A stretch of 64,000 bases of DNA, taken from positions 28,148,001 to 28,212,000 of the forward strand of contig OZ024764.1 in NCBI GenBank assembly GCA_964016885.1. Direction: 5' to 3'. The stretch is from Eledone cirrhosa (taxonomy: Eukaryota). The notes beneath the pieces were generated by a model. It was given only the letters and a program-made list of their open reading frames with translations. It did no database searches and was not told where the DNA came from. The position numbers were made by a program, and so were the translations under genes. Each line of letters starts with the position of its first letter. Position 1 is the first letter of the stretch. Of the stretch, positions 12,843-25,800 are shown piece after piece.

Positions 12843-15800
12843 GAAGAGCGTATACATTTTTGTGGGACAGCCCGTTGTCGCCTCTATTCAGCACTCCTAA
12901 ATGCTGTTTTATGCAGGTCATACAAGAGCGTATACATTTTTATGGGACAGCCCGTTGTCGCCTTTATTCAGCACTTGCAAATGCTGTTTTGTGCATGTCA
13001 TCGAAGAGCGTATACATTTTTGTGGGACAGTCCGTTGTCGCCTCTATTCAGCACTTCTACATGCTGTTTTGGGCAGGTCATCGAAGAGTGTATACATTTT
13101 TGTGGGACAGCCCGTTGTCGCCTCTATTCAGCACTTCTAAATGCTGTTTTGTGCAGGTCATCGAAGAGCGTATACATTTTTATGGGACAGCCTGTTGTCG
13201 CCTCTATTCAGCACTTCTAAATGCTGTTTTGTGCAGGTCATACAAGAGCGTATACATTTTTGTGGGACAGCTCATTGTCGCCTCCTTTCAGCACTTCTAA
13301 ATGCTGCTTTGTGCAGGTCATCGAAGAGCGTATACATTTTTGTGGGACAGCCCGTTGCCGCCTCTATTCAGCACTTCTAAATGCTGCTTTTTGCAGGTCA
13401 TAGAAGAGCGTATACATTTTTGTGGGACAGCCCGTTGTCGCCTCCCTACAGCACTTCTAAGTGCTGCTTTGTGCAGGTCATAGAAGAGCGTATACATTTT
13501 TATGGGACAGCCCGTTGTCGCCACTATTCAGCACTTCTAAATGCTGTTTTGTGCAGGTCATCGAAGAGCGTATACATTTTTATGGGACAGCCCGTTGTTG
13601 CCACTATTCAGCACTTCTAAATGCTGTTTTGTGCAGGTCATCGAAGAGCGTATACATTTTTGTGGGACAGCCCGTTGTCGCCTCCCTACAGCACTTCTAA
13701 GCGCTGCTTTGTGCAGGTCATCGAAGAGCGTATACATTTTTGTGGGACAGCCCGTTGTCGCTTCCCTACAGCACTTCTAAGTGCTGCTTTGTGCAGCTCA
13801 TAGAAGAGCGTATACATTTTTGTGGGACAGCCCGTTGTCGCCTCTATTCAGCACTTCTAAATGCTGCTTTGTGCAGGTCGTAGAAGAGCATATACATTTT
13901 TGTGGGACAGCCCGTTGTCGCCTCTATTCAGCACTCCTAAATGCTGTTTTATGCAGGTCATACAAGAGCGTATACATTTTTATGGGACAGCCCGTTGTCG
14001 CCTTTATTCAGCACTTGCAAATGCTGTTTTGTGCATGTCATCGAAGAGCGTATACATTTTTATGGGACAGCCCGTTGTCGGCTCTATTCAGTACTCCTAA
14101 ATGCTGTTTTATGCAGGTCATACAAGAGCGTATACATTTTTGTGGGGCAGCTCGTTGTCGCCTCCTTTCAGCACTTCTAAATGCTGCTTGTGCAGGTCAT
14201 CGAAGAGCGTATACATTTTTATGGGACAGCCCGTTGTCGCCTCTATTCAGTACTCCTAAATGCTGTTTTATGCAGGTCATACAAGAGCGTATACATTTTT
14301 GTGGGACAGCTCGTTGTCGCCTCCTTTCAGCACTTCTAAATGCTGCTTGTGCAGGTCATCGAAGAGCGTATACATTTTTATGGGACAGCCCGTTGTCGCC
14401 TCTATTCAGTACTCCTAAATGCTGTTTTATGCAGGTCATACAAGAGCGTATACATTTTTGTGGGACAGCCCGTTGTCGCCTCCCTACAGCACTTCTAAGT
14501 GCTGCTTTGTGCAGGTCATAGAAGAGCGTATACATTTTTGTGGGACAGCCCGTTGTCGCCTCCCTACACCACTTCTAAGTGGTTTTGTGCAGGTCATAGA
14601 AGAGCGTATACATTTTTGTGGGACAGCCCGTTGTCGCCTCTATTCAGCACTCCTAAATGCTGTTTTATGCAGGTCATACAAGAGCGTATACATTTTTATG
14701 GGACAGCCCGTTGTCGCCTTTATTCAGCACTTGCAAATGCTGTTTTGTGCATGTCATCGAAGAGCGTATACATTTTTGTGGGACAGTCCGTTGTTGCCTC
14801 TATTCAGCACTTCTACATGCTGTTTTGGGCAGGTCATCGAAGAGTGTATACATTTTTGTGGGACAGCCCGTTGTCGCCTCTATTCAGCACTTCTAAATGC
14901 TGTTTTGTGCAGGTCATCGAAGAGCGTATACATTTTTATGGGACAGCCTGTTGTCGCCTCTATTCAGCACTTCTAAATGCTGTTTTGTGCAGGTCATACA
15001 AGAGCGTATACATTTTTGTGGGACAGCTCATTGTCGCCTCCTTTCAGCACTTCTAAATGCTGCTTTGTGCAGGTCATCGAAGAGCGTATACATTTTTGTG
15101 GGACAGCCCGTTGCCGCCTCTATTCAGCACTTCTAAATGCTGCTTTTTGCAGGTCATAGAAGAGCGTATACATTTTTGTGGGACAGCCCGTTGTCGCCTC
15201 CCTACAGCACTTCTAAGTGCTGCTTTGTGCAGGTCATAGAAGAGCGTATACATTTTTATGGGACAGCCCGTTGTCGCCACTATTCAGCACTTCTAAATGC
15301 TGTTTTGTGCAGGTCATCGAAGAGCGTATACATTTTTATGGGACAGCCCGTTGTTGCCACTATTCAGCACTTCTAAATGCTGTTTTGTGCAGGTCATCGA
15401 AGAGCGTATACATTTTTGTGGGACAGCCCGTTGTCGCCTCCCTACAGCACTTCTAAGTGCTGCTTTGTGCAGGTCATCGAAGAGCGTATACATTTTTGTG
15501 GGACAGCCCGTTGTCGCTTCCCTACAGCACTTCTAAGTGCTGCTTTGTGCAGCTCATAGAAGAGCGTATACATTTTTGTGGGACAGCCCGTTGTCGCCTC
15601 TATTCAGCACTTCTAAATGCTGCTTTGTGCAGGTCGTAGAAGAGCATATACATTTTTGTGGGACAGCCCGTTGTCGCCTCTATTCAGCACTCCTAAATGC
15701 TGTTTTATGCAGGTCATACAAGAGCGTATACATTTTTATGGGACAGCCCGTTGTCGCCTTTATTCAGCACTTGCAAATGCTGTTTTGTGCATGTCATCGA

Positions 15801-16318
15801 AGAGCGTATACATTTTTATGGGACAGCCCGTTGTCGGCTCTATTCAGTACTCCTAAATGCTGTTTTATGCAGGTCATACAAGAGCGTATACATTTTTGTG
15901 GGGCAGCTCGTTGTCGCCTCCTTTCAGCACTTCTAAATGCTGCTTGTGCAGGTCATCGAAGAGCGTATACATTTTTATGGGACAGCCCGTTGTCGCCTCT
16001 ATTCAGTACTCCTAAATGCTGTTTTATGCAGGTCATACAAGAGCGTATACATTTTTGTGGGACAGCTCGTTGTCGCCTCCTTTCAGCACTTCTAAATGCT
16101 GCTTGTGCAGGTCATCGAAGAGCGTATACATTTTTATGGGACAGCCCGTTGTCGCCTCTATTCAGTACTCCTAAATGCTGTTTTATGCAGGTCATACAAG
16201 AGCGTATACATTTTTGTGGGACAGCCCGTTGTCGCCTCCCTACAGCACTTCTAAGTGCTGCTTTGTGCAGGTCATAGAAGAGCGTATACATTTTTGTGGG
16301 ACAGCCCGTTGTCGCCTC
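12843..16318 (+). repeat. Tandem duplication of a 1756-bp (22-monomer) unit
   Basis: The ORF series is repeated at offset 1756 (13141/14897, 13781/15537, 14419/16175). Shared markers are GTGGGGCAG, GTCGGCTCT and GTTGCCGCC. Confidence 0.9.
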
Positions 16319-16849
16319 TATTCATCACTTCTAAATGCTGCTTTTTGCAGGTCATAGAAGAGCGTATACATTTTTGTGGGACAGCCAGTTGTCGCCTCCT
16401 TACAGCACTTCTAAATGCTGTTTTGTGCAGGTCATCGAAGAGCGTATACATTTTTGTGGGACAGCCCTTTGCCGCCTCTATTCAACACTTATAAATGCTG
16501 TTTGGGCAGGTCATAGAAGAGCGTATACATTTTTGTGGGACAGCCCGTTGTTGCCTCCCTACAGCACTTCTAAGTGCTGCTTTGTGCAGGTCATAGAAGA
16601 GCGTATACATTTTTGTGGGACAGCCCGTTGTCGCCTCTATTCATCACTTCTAAATGCTGTTTTATGCAGGTCATCGAAGAGCGTATACATTTTTGTGGGA
16701 CAGCCCTTTGACGCCTCTATTCATCACTTCTAAATGCTGTTTTATGCAGGTCATCGAAGAGCGTATACATTTTTGTGGGACAGCCCGTTGTCGCCTCTAT
16801 TCAGCACTTCTAAATGCTGTTTTATGCAGGTCATCGAAGAGCGTATACA

Positions 16850-19800
16850 TTTTTGTGGGACAGCTCGTTGTTGCCTCCTTTCAGCACTTCTAAGTGGTTT
16901 TGTGCAGGTCATAGAAGAGCGTATACATTTTTATGGGACAGCCCGTTGTCGCCTCTATTCAGTACTCCTAAATGCTGCTTTGTGCAGGTCATAGAAGAGC
17001 GTATACATTTTTGTGGGACAGCCCGTTGTCACCTCTATTCAACACTTCTAAATGCTGCTTTTTGCAGGTCATAGAAGAGCGTAATTTTTGTGGGACAGCC
17101 AGTTGTCGCCTCCTTACAGCACTTCTAAGTGCTGTTTTGTGCAGGTCATAGAAGAGCGTATACATTTTTGTGGGACAGCCCGTTGTCGCCTCTATTCAGC
17201 ACTTCTACATGCTGTTTTGGGCAGGTCATCGAAGAGTGTATACATTTTTGTGGGACAGCCCGTTGTCGCCTCTATTCAGCACTTCTAAATGCTGCTTTGT
17301 GCAGGTCATCGAAGAGCGTATACATTTTTGTGGGACAGCCCGTTGTCGCCTCCCTACAGCATTTCTAAGTGCTGCTTTGTGCAGGTCACAGAAGAGCGTA
17401 TACATTTTTGTGGGACAGCCCTTTGTCGCCTCTATTCAGCACTCCTAAATGCTGTTTTATGCAGGTCATACAAGAGCGTATACATTTTTATGGGACAGCC
17501 CGTTGTCGCCTTTATTCAGCACTTGCAAATGCTGTTTTGTGCATGTCATCGAAGAGCGTATACATTTTTGTGGGACAGCCCGTTGTCGCCTCTATTCAGC
17601 ACTTCTAAATGCTGCTTTTGCAGGTCATAGAAGAGCGTATACATTTTTGTGGGACAGCCAGTTGTCGCCTCCTTACAGCACTTCTAAATGCTGTTTTGTG
17701 CAGGTCATCGAAGAGCGTATACATTTTTGTGGGACAGTCCGTTGTCGCCTCTATTCAGCACTTCTACATGCTGTTTTGGGCAGGTCATCGAAGAGTGTAT
17801 ACATTTTTGTGGGACAGCCCGTTGTCGCCTCTATTCAGCACTTCTAAATGCTGTTTTGTGCAGGTCATCGAAGAGCGTATACATTTTTATGGGACAGCCT
17901 GTTGTCGCCTCTATTCAGCACTTCTAAATGCTGTTTTGTGCAGGTCATACAAGAGCGTATACATTTTTGTGGGACAGCTCATTGTCGCCTCCTTTCAACA
18001 CTTCTAAATGCTGCTTTGTGCAGGTCATCGAAGAGCGTATACATTTTTGTGGGACAGCCCGTTGTCGCCTCTATTCAGCACTTCTAAATGCTGCTTTTTG
18101 CAGGTCATAGAAGAGCGTATACATTTTTGTGGGACAGCTCATTGTCGCCTCCTTTCATCACTTCTAAATGCTGCTTTGTGCAGGTCATCGAAGAGCGTAT
18201 ACATTTTTGTGGGACAGCCCGTTGTCGCCTCTATTCAGCACTTCTAAATGCTGCTTTTTGCAGGTCATAGAAGAGCGTATACATTTTTGTGGGACAGCCC
18301 GTTGTCGCCTCCCTACAGCACTTCTAAGTGCTGCTTTGTGCAGGTCATAGAAGAGCGTATACATTTTTATGGGACAGCCCGTTGTCGCCACTATTCAGCA
18401 CTTCTAAATGCTGTTTTGTGCAGGTCATCGAAGAGCGTATACATTTTTATGGGACAGCCCGTTGTTGCCACTATTCAGCACTTCTAAATGCTGTTTTGTG
18501 CAGGTCATCGAAGAGCGTATACATTTTTGTGGGACAGCCCGTTGTCGCCTCCCTACATCACTTCTAAGTGCTGCTTTGTGCAGGTCATCGAAGAGCGTAT
18601 ACATTTTTGTGGGACAGCCCGTTGTCGCTTCCCTACAGCACTTCTAAGTGCTGCTTTGTGCAGCTCATAGAAGAGCGTATACATTTTTGTGGGACAGCCC
18701 GTTGTCGCCTCTATTCAGCACTTCTAAATGCTGCTTTTTGCAGGTCATAGAAGAGCGTATATATTTTTGTGGGACAGCCCGTTGTCGCCTCTATTCATCA
18801 CTTCAACATGCTGTTTTGTGCAGGTCATCGAAGAGTGTATACATTTTTGTGGGACAGCCCGTTGTCGCCTCCCTACAGCACTTCTAAGTGCTGCTTTGTG
18901 CAGGTCATAGAAGAGCATATACATTTTTGTGGGACAGCCCGTTGTCGCCTCTATTCAGCACTCCTAAATGCTGTTTTATGCAGGTCATACAAGAGCGTAT
19001 ACATTTTTATGGGACAGCCCGTTGTCGCCTTTATTCAGCACTTGCAAATGCTGTTTTGTGCATGTCATCAAAGAGCGTATACATTTTTATGGGACAGCCC
19101 GTTGTCGGCTCTATTCAGTACTCCTAAATGCTGTTTTATGCAGGTCATACAAGAGCGTATACATTTTTGTGGGACAGCTCGTTGTCGCCTCCTTTCATCA
19201 CTTCTAAATGCTGCTTGTGCAGGTCATCGAAGAGCGTATACATTTTTATGGGACAGCCTGTTGTCGCCTCTATTCAGCACTTCTAAATGCTGTTTTATGC
19301 AGGTCATACAAGAGCGTATACATTTTTGTGGGACAGCTCATTGTCGCCTCCTTTCAGCACTTCTAAATGCTGCTTTGTGCAGGTCATCGAAGAGCGTATA
19401 CATTTTTGTGGGACAGCCCGTTGTCGCCTCTATTCATCACTTCTAAATGCTGCTTTTTGCAGGTCATAGAAGAGCGTATACATTTTTGTGGGACAGCCCG
19501 TTGTCGCCTCTATTCAGCACTTCAACATGCTGTTTTGTGCAGGTCATCGAAGAGTGTATACATTTTTGTGGGACAGCCCGTTGTCGCCTCCCTACAGCAC
19601 TTCTAAGTGCTGCTTTGTGCAGGTCATAGAAGAGCGTATACATTTTTGTGGGACAGCCCGTTGTCGCCTCTATTCAGCACTTCTAAGTGCTGCTTTGTGC
19701 AGGTCATAGAAGAGCGTATACATTTTTGTGGGACAGCCCGTTGTCGCCACTATTCAGCACTTCTAAATGCTGTTTTATGCAGGTCATCGAAGAGCGTATA

Positions 19801-22800
19801 CATTTTTGTGGGACAGCCCTTTGACGCCTCTATTCATCACTTCTAAATGCTGTTTTATGCAGGTCATCGAAGAGCGTATACATTTTTGTGGGACAGCCCG
19901 TTGTCGCCTTTATTCAGCACTTGCAAATGCTGTTTTGTGCATGTCATCGAAGAGCGTATACATTTTTGTGGGACAGCCCGTTGTCGCCTCCCTACACCAC
20001 TTCTAAGTGGTTTTGTGCAGGTCATAGAAGAGCGTATACATTTTTGTGGGACAGCCAGTTGTCGCCTCCTTACAGCACTTCTAAATGCTGTTTTGTGCAG
20101 GTCATCGAAGAGCGTATACATTTTTGTGGGACAGCCCTTTGCCGCCTCTATTCAACACTTATAAATGCTGTTTGGGCAGGTCATAGAAGAGCGTATACAT
20201 TTTTGTGGGACAGCCCGTTGTCGCCTCTATTCAGCACTTCTACATGCTGTTTTGGGCAGGTCATCGAAGAGTGTATACATTTTTGTGGGACAGCCCGTTG
20301 TCGCCTCTATTCAGCACTTCTAAATGCTGCTTTGTGCAGGTCATCGAAGAGCGTATACATTTTTGTGGGACAGCCCGTTGTCGCCTCTATTCAACACTCC
20401 TAAATGCTGTTTTATGCAGGTCATACAAGAGCGTATACATTTTTATGGGACAGCCCGTTGTCGCCTTTATTCAGCACTTGCAAATGCTGTTTTGTGCATG
20501 TCATCGAAGAGCGTATACATTTTTGTGGGACAGTCCGTTATCGCCTCTATTCAGCACTTCTACATGCTGTTTTGGGCAGGTCATCGAAGAGTGTATACAT
20601 TTTTGTGGGACAGCCCGTTGTCGCCTCTATTCAGCACTTCTAAATGCTGTTTTGTGCAGGTCATCGAAGAGCGTATACATTTTTATGGGACAGCCTGTTG
20701 TCGCCTCTATTCAGCACTTCTAAATGCTGTTTTGTGCAGGTCATACAAGAGCGTATACATTTTTGTGGGACAGCTCATTGTCGCCTCCTTTCAGCACTTC
20801 TAAATGCTGCTTTGTGCAGGTCATCGAAGAGCGTATACATTTTTGTGGGACAGCCCGTTGCCGCCTCTATTCAGCACTTCTAAATGCTGCTTTTTGCAGG
20901 TCATAGAAGAGCGTATACATTTTTGTGGGACAGCCCGTTGTCGCCTCCCTACAGCACTTCTAAGTGCTGCTTTGTGCAGGTCATAGAAGAGCGTATACAT
21001 TTTTATGGGACAGCCCGTTGTCGCCACTATTCAGCACTTCTAAATGCTGTTTTGTGCAGGTCATCGAAGAGCGTATACATTTTTATGGGACAGCCCGTTG
21101 TTGCCACTATTCAGCACTTCTAAATGCTGTTTTGTGCAGGTCATCGAAGAGCGTATACATTTTTGTGGGACAGCCCGTTGTCGCCTCCCTACAGCACTTC
21201 TAAGTGCTGCTTTGTGCAGGTCATCGAAGAGCGTATACATTTTTGTGGGACAGCCCGTTGTCGCTTCCCTACAACACTTCTAAGTGCTGCTTTGTGCAGC
21301 TCATAGAAGAGCGTATACATTTTTGTGGGACAGCCCGTTGTCGCCTCTATTCAGCACTTCTAAATGCTGCTTTGTGCAGGTCGTAGAAGAGCATATACAT
21401 TTTTGTGGGACAGCCCGTTGTCGCCTCTATTCAGCACTCCTAAATGCTGTTTTATGCAGGTCATACAAGAGCGTATACATTTTTATGGGACAGCCCGTTG
21501 TCGCCTTTATTCAGCACTTGCAAATGCTGTTTTGTGCATGTCATCGAAGAGCGTATACATTTTTATGGGACAGCCCGTTGTCGGCTCTATTCAGTACTCC
21601 TAAATGCTGTTTTATGCAGGTCATACAAGAGCGTATACATTTTTGTGGGGCAGCTCGTTGTCGCCTCCTTTCAGCACTTCTAAATGCTGCTTGTGCAGGT
21701 CATCGAAGAGCGTATACATTTTTATGGGACAGCCCGTTGTCGCCTCTATTCAGTACTCCTAAATGCTGTTTTATGCAGGTCATACAAGAGCGTATACATT
21801 TTTGTGGGACAGCCCGTTGTCGCCTCCTTTCAGCACTTCTAAATGCTGCTTGTGCAGGTCATCGAAGAGCGTATACATTTTTATGGGACAGCCCGTTGTC
21901 GCCTCTATTCAGTACTCCTAAATGCTGTTTTATGCAGGTCATACAAGAGCGTATACATTTTTGTGGGACAGCTCGTTGTCGCCTCCTTTCAGCACTTCTA
22001 AATGCTGCTTGTGCAGGTCATCGAAGAGCGTATACATTTTTATGGGACAGCCCGTTGTCGCCTCTATTCAGTACTCCTAAATGCTGTTTTATGCAGGTCA
22101 TACAAGAGCGTATACATTTTTGTGGGACAGCCCGTTGTCGCCTCCCTACAACACTTCTAAGTGCTGCTTTGTGCAGGTCATAGAAGAGCGTATACATTTT
22201 TGTGGGACAGCCCGTTGTCGCCTCTATTCATCACTTCTAAATGCTGCTTTTTGCAGGTCATAGAAGAGCGTATACATTTTTGTGGGACAGCCAGTTGTCG
22301 CCTCCTTACAGCACTTCTAAATGCTGTTTTGTGCAGGTCATCGAAGAGCGTATACATTTTTGTGGGACAGCCCTTTGCCGCCTCTATTCAACACTTATAA
22401 ATGCTGTTTGGGCAGGTCATAGAAGAGCGTATACATTTTTGTGGGACAGCCCGTTGTCGCCTCCCTACAGCACTTCTAAGTGCTGCTTTGTGCAGGTCAT
22501 AGAAGAGCGTATACATTTTTATGGGACAGCCCGTTGTCGCCACTATTCAGCACTTCTAAATGCTGTTTTGTGCAGGTCATCGAAGAGCGTATACATTTTT
22601 ATGGGACAGCCCGTTGTTGCCACTATTCAGCACTTCTAAATGCTGTTTTGTGCAGGTCATCGAAGAGCGTATACATTTTTGTGGGACAGCCCGTTGTCGC
22701 CTCCCTACAACACTTCTAAGTGCTGCTTTGTGCAGGTCATCGAAGAGCGTATACATTTTTGTGGGACAGCCCGTTGTCGCTTCCCTACAGCACTTCTAAG

Positions 22801-25800
22801 TGCTGCTTTGTGCAGCTCATAGAAGAGCGTATACATTTTTGTGGGACAGCCCGTTGTCGCCTCTATTCAGCACTTCTAAATGCTGCTTTGTGCAGGTCGT
22901 AGAAGAGCATATACATTTTTGTGGGACAGCCCGTTGTCGCCTCTATTCAGCACTCCTAAATGCTGTTTTATGCAGGTCATACAAGAGCGTATACATTTTT
23001 ATGGGACAGCCCGTTGTCGCCTTTATTCAGCACTTGCAAATGCTGTTTTGTGCATGTCATCGAAGAGCGTATACATTTTTATGGGACAGCCCGTTGTCGG
23101 CTCTATTCAGTACTCCTAAATGCTGTTTTATGCAGGTCATACAAGAGCGTATACATTTTTGTGGTGCAGCTCGTTGTCGCCTCCTTTCAGCACTTCTAAA
23201 TGCTGCTTGTGCAGGTCATCGAAGAGCGTATACATTTTTATGGGACAGCCCGTTGTCGCCTCTATTCAGTACTCCTAAATGCTGTTTTATGCAGGTCATA
23301 CAAGAGCGTATACATTTTTGTGGGACAGCTCGTTGTCGCCTCATTTCAGCACTTCTAAATGCTGCTTGTGCAGGTCATCGAAGAGCGTATACATTTTTAT
23401 GGGACAGCCCGTTGTCGCCTCTATTCAGTACTCCTAAATGCTGTTTTATGCAGGTCATACAAGAGCGTATACATTTTTGTGGGACAGCCCGTTGTCGCCT
23501 CCCTACAGCACTTCTAAGTGCTGCTTTGTGCAGGTCATAGAAGAGCGTATACATTTTTGTGGGACAGCCCGTTGTCGCCTCTATTCATCACTTCTAAATG
23601 CTGCTTTTTGCAGGTCATAGAAGAGCGTATACATTTTTGTGGGACAGCCAGTTGTCGCCTCCTTACAGCACTTCTAAATGCTGTTTTGTGCAGGTCATCG
23701 AAGAGCGTATACATTTTTGTGGGACAGCCCTTTGCCGCCTCTATTCAACACTTATAAATGCTGTTTGGGCAGGTCATAGAAGAGCGTATACATTTTTGTG
23801 GGACAGCCCGTTGTCGCCTCTATTCAGCACTTCTAAATGCTGTTTTATGCAGGTCATCGAAGAGCGTATACATTTTTGTGGGACAGCTCGTTGTTGCCTC
23901 CTTTCAGCACTTCTAAGTGGTTTTGTGCAGGTCATAGAAGAGCGTATACATTTTTATGGGACAGCCCGTTGTTGCCACTATTCAGCACTTCTAAATGCTG
24001 TTTTGTGCAGGTCATCGAAGAGCGTATACATTTTTGTGGGACAGCTCGTTGTTGCCTCCTTTCAGCACTTCTAAGTGGTTTTGTGCAGGTCATAGAAGAG
24101 CGTATACATTTTTATGGGACAGCCCGTTGTCGCCTCTATTCAGTACTCCTAAATGCTGCTTTGTGCAGGTCATAGAAGAGCGTATACATTTTTGTGGGAC
24201 AGCCCGTTGTCACCTCTATTCAACACTTCTAAATGCTGCTTTTTGCAGGTCATAGAAGAGCGTAATTTTTGTGGGACAGCCAGTTGTCGCCTCCTTACAG
24301 CACTTCTAAGTGCTGTTTTGTGCAGGTCATAGAAGAGCGTATACATTTTTGTGGGACAGCCCGTTGTCGCCTCTATTCAGCACTTCTACATGCTGTTTTG
24401 GGCAGGTCATCGAAGAGTGTATACATTTTTGTGGGACAGCCCGTTGTCGCCTCTATTCAGCACTTCTAAATGCTGCTTTGTGCAGGTCATCGAAGAGCGT
24501 ATACATTTTTGTGGGACAGCCCGTTGTCGCCTCCCTACAGCATTTCTAAGTGCTGCTTTGTGCAGGTCATAGAAGAGCGTATACATTTTTGTGGGACAGC
24601 CCTTTGTCGCCTCTATTCAGCACTCCTAAATGCTGTTTTATGCAGGTCATACAAGAGCGTATACATTTTTATGGGACAGCCCGTTGTCGCCTTTATTCAG
24701 CACTTGCAAATGCTGTTTTGTGCATGTCATCGAAGAGCGTATACATTTTTGTGGGACAGCCCGTTGTCGCCTCTATTCAGCACTTCTAAATGCTGCTTTT
24801 GCAGGTCATAGAAGAGCGTATACATTTTTGTGGGACAGCCAGTTGTCGCCTCCTTACAGCACTTCTAAATGCTGTTTTGTGCAGGTCATCGAAGAGCGTA
24901 TACATTTTTGTGGGACAGTCCGTTGTCGCCTCTATTCAGCACTTCTACATGCTGTTTTGGGCAGGTCATCGAAGAGTGTATACATTTTTGTGGGACAGCC
25001 CGTTGTCGCCTCTATTCAGCACTTCTAAATGCTGTTTTGTGCAGGTCATCGAAGAGCGTATACATTTTTATGGGACAGCCTGTTGTCGCCTCTATTCAGC
25101 ACTTCTAAATGCTGTTTTGTGCAGGTCATACAAGAGCGTATACATTTTTGTGGGACAGCTCATTGTCGCCTCCTTTCAACACTTCTAAATGCTGCTTTGT
25201 GCAGGTCATCGAAGAGCGTATACATTTTTGTGGGACAGCCCGTTGTCGCCTCTATTCAGCACTTCTAAATGCTGCTTTTTGCAGGTCATAGAAGAGCGTA
25301 TACATTTTTGTGGGACAGCTCATTGTCGCCTCCTTTCATGACTTCTAAATGCTGCTTTGTGCAGGTCATCGAAGAGCGTATACATTTTTGTGGGACAGCC
25401 CGTTGTCGCCTCTATTCAGCACTTCTAAATGCTGCTTTTTGCAGGTCATAGAAGAGCGTATACATTTTTGTGGGACAGCCCGTTGTCGCCTCCCTACAGC
25501 ACTTCTAAGTGCTGCTTTGTGCAGGTCATAGAAGAGCGTATACATTTTTATGGGACAGCCCGTTGTCGCCACTATTCAGCACTTCTAAATGCTGTTTTGT
25601 GCAGGTCATCGAAGAGCGTATACATTTTTATGGGACAGCCCGTTGTTGCCACTATTCAGCACTTCTAAATGCTGTTTTGTGCAGGTCATCGAAGAGCGTA
25701 TACATTTTTGTGGGACAGCCCGTTGTCGCCTCCCTACATCACTTCTAAGTGCTGCTTTGTGCAGGTCATCGAAGAGCGTATACATTTTTGTGGGACAGCC

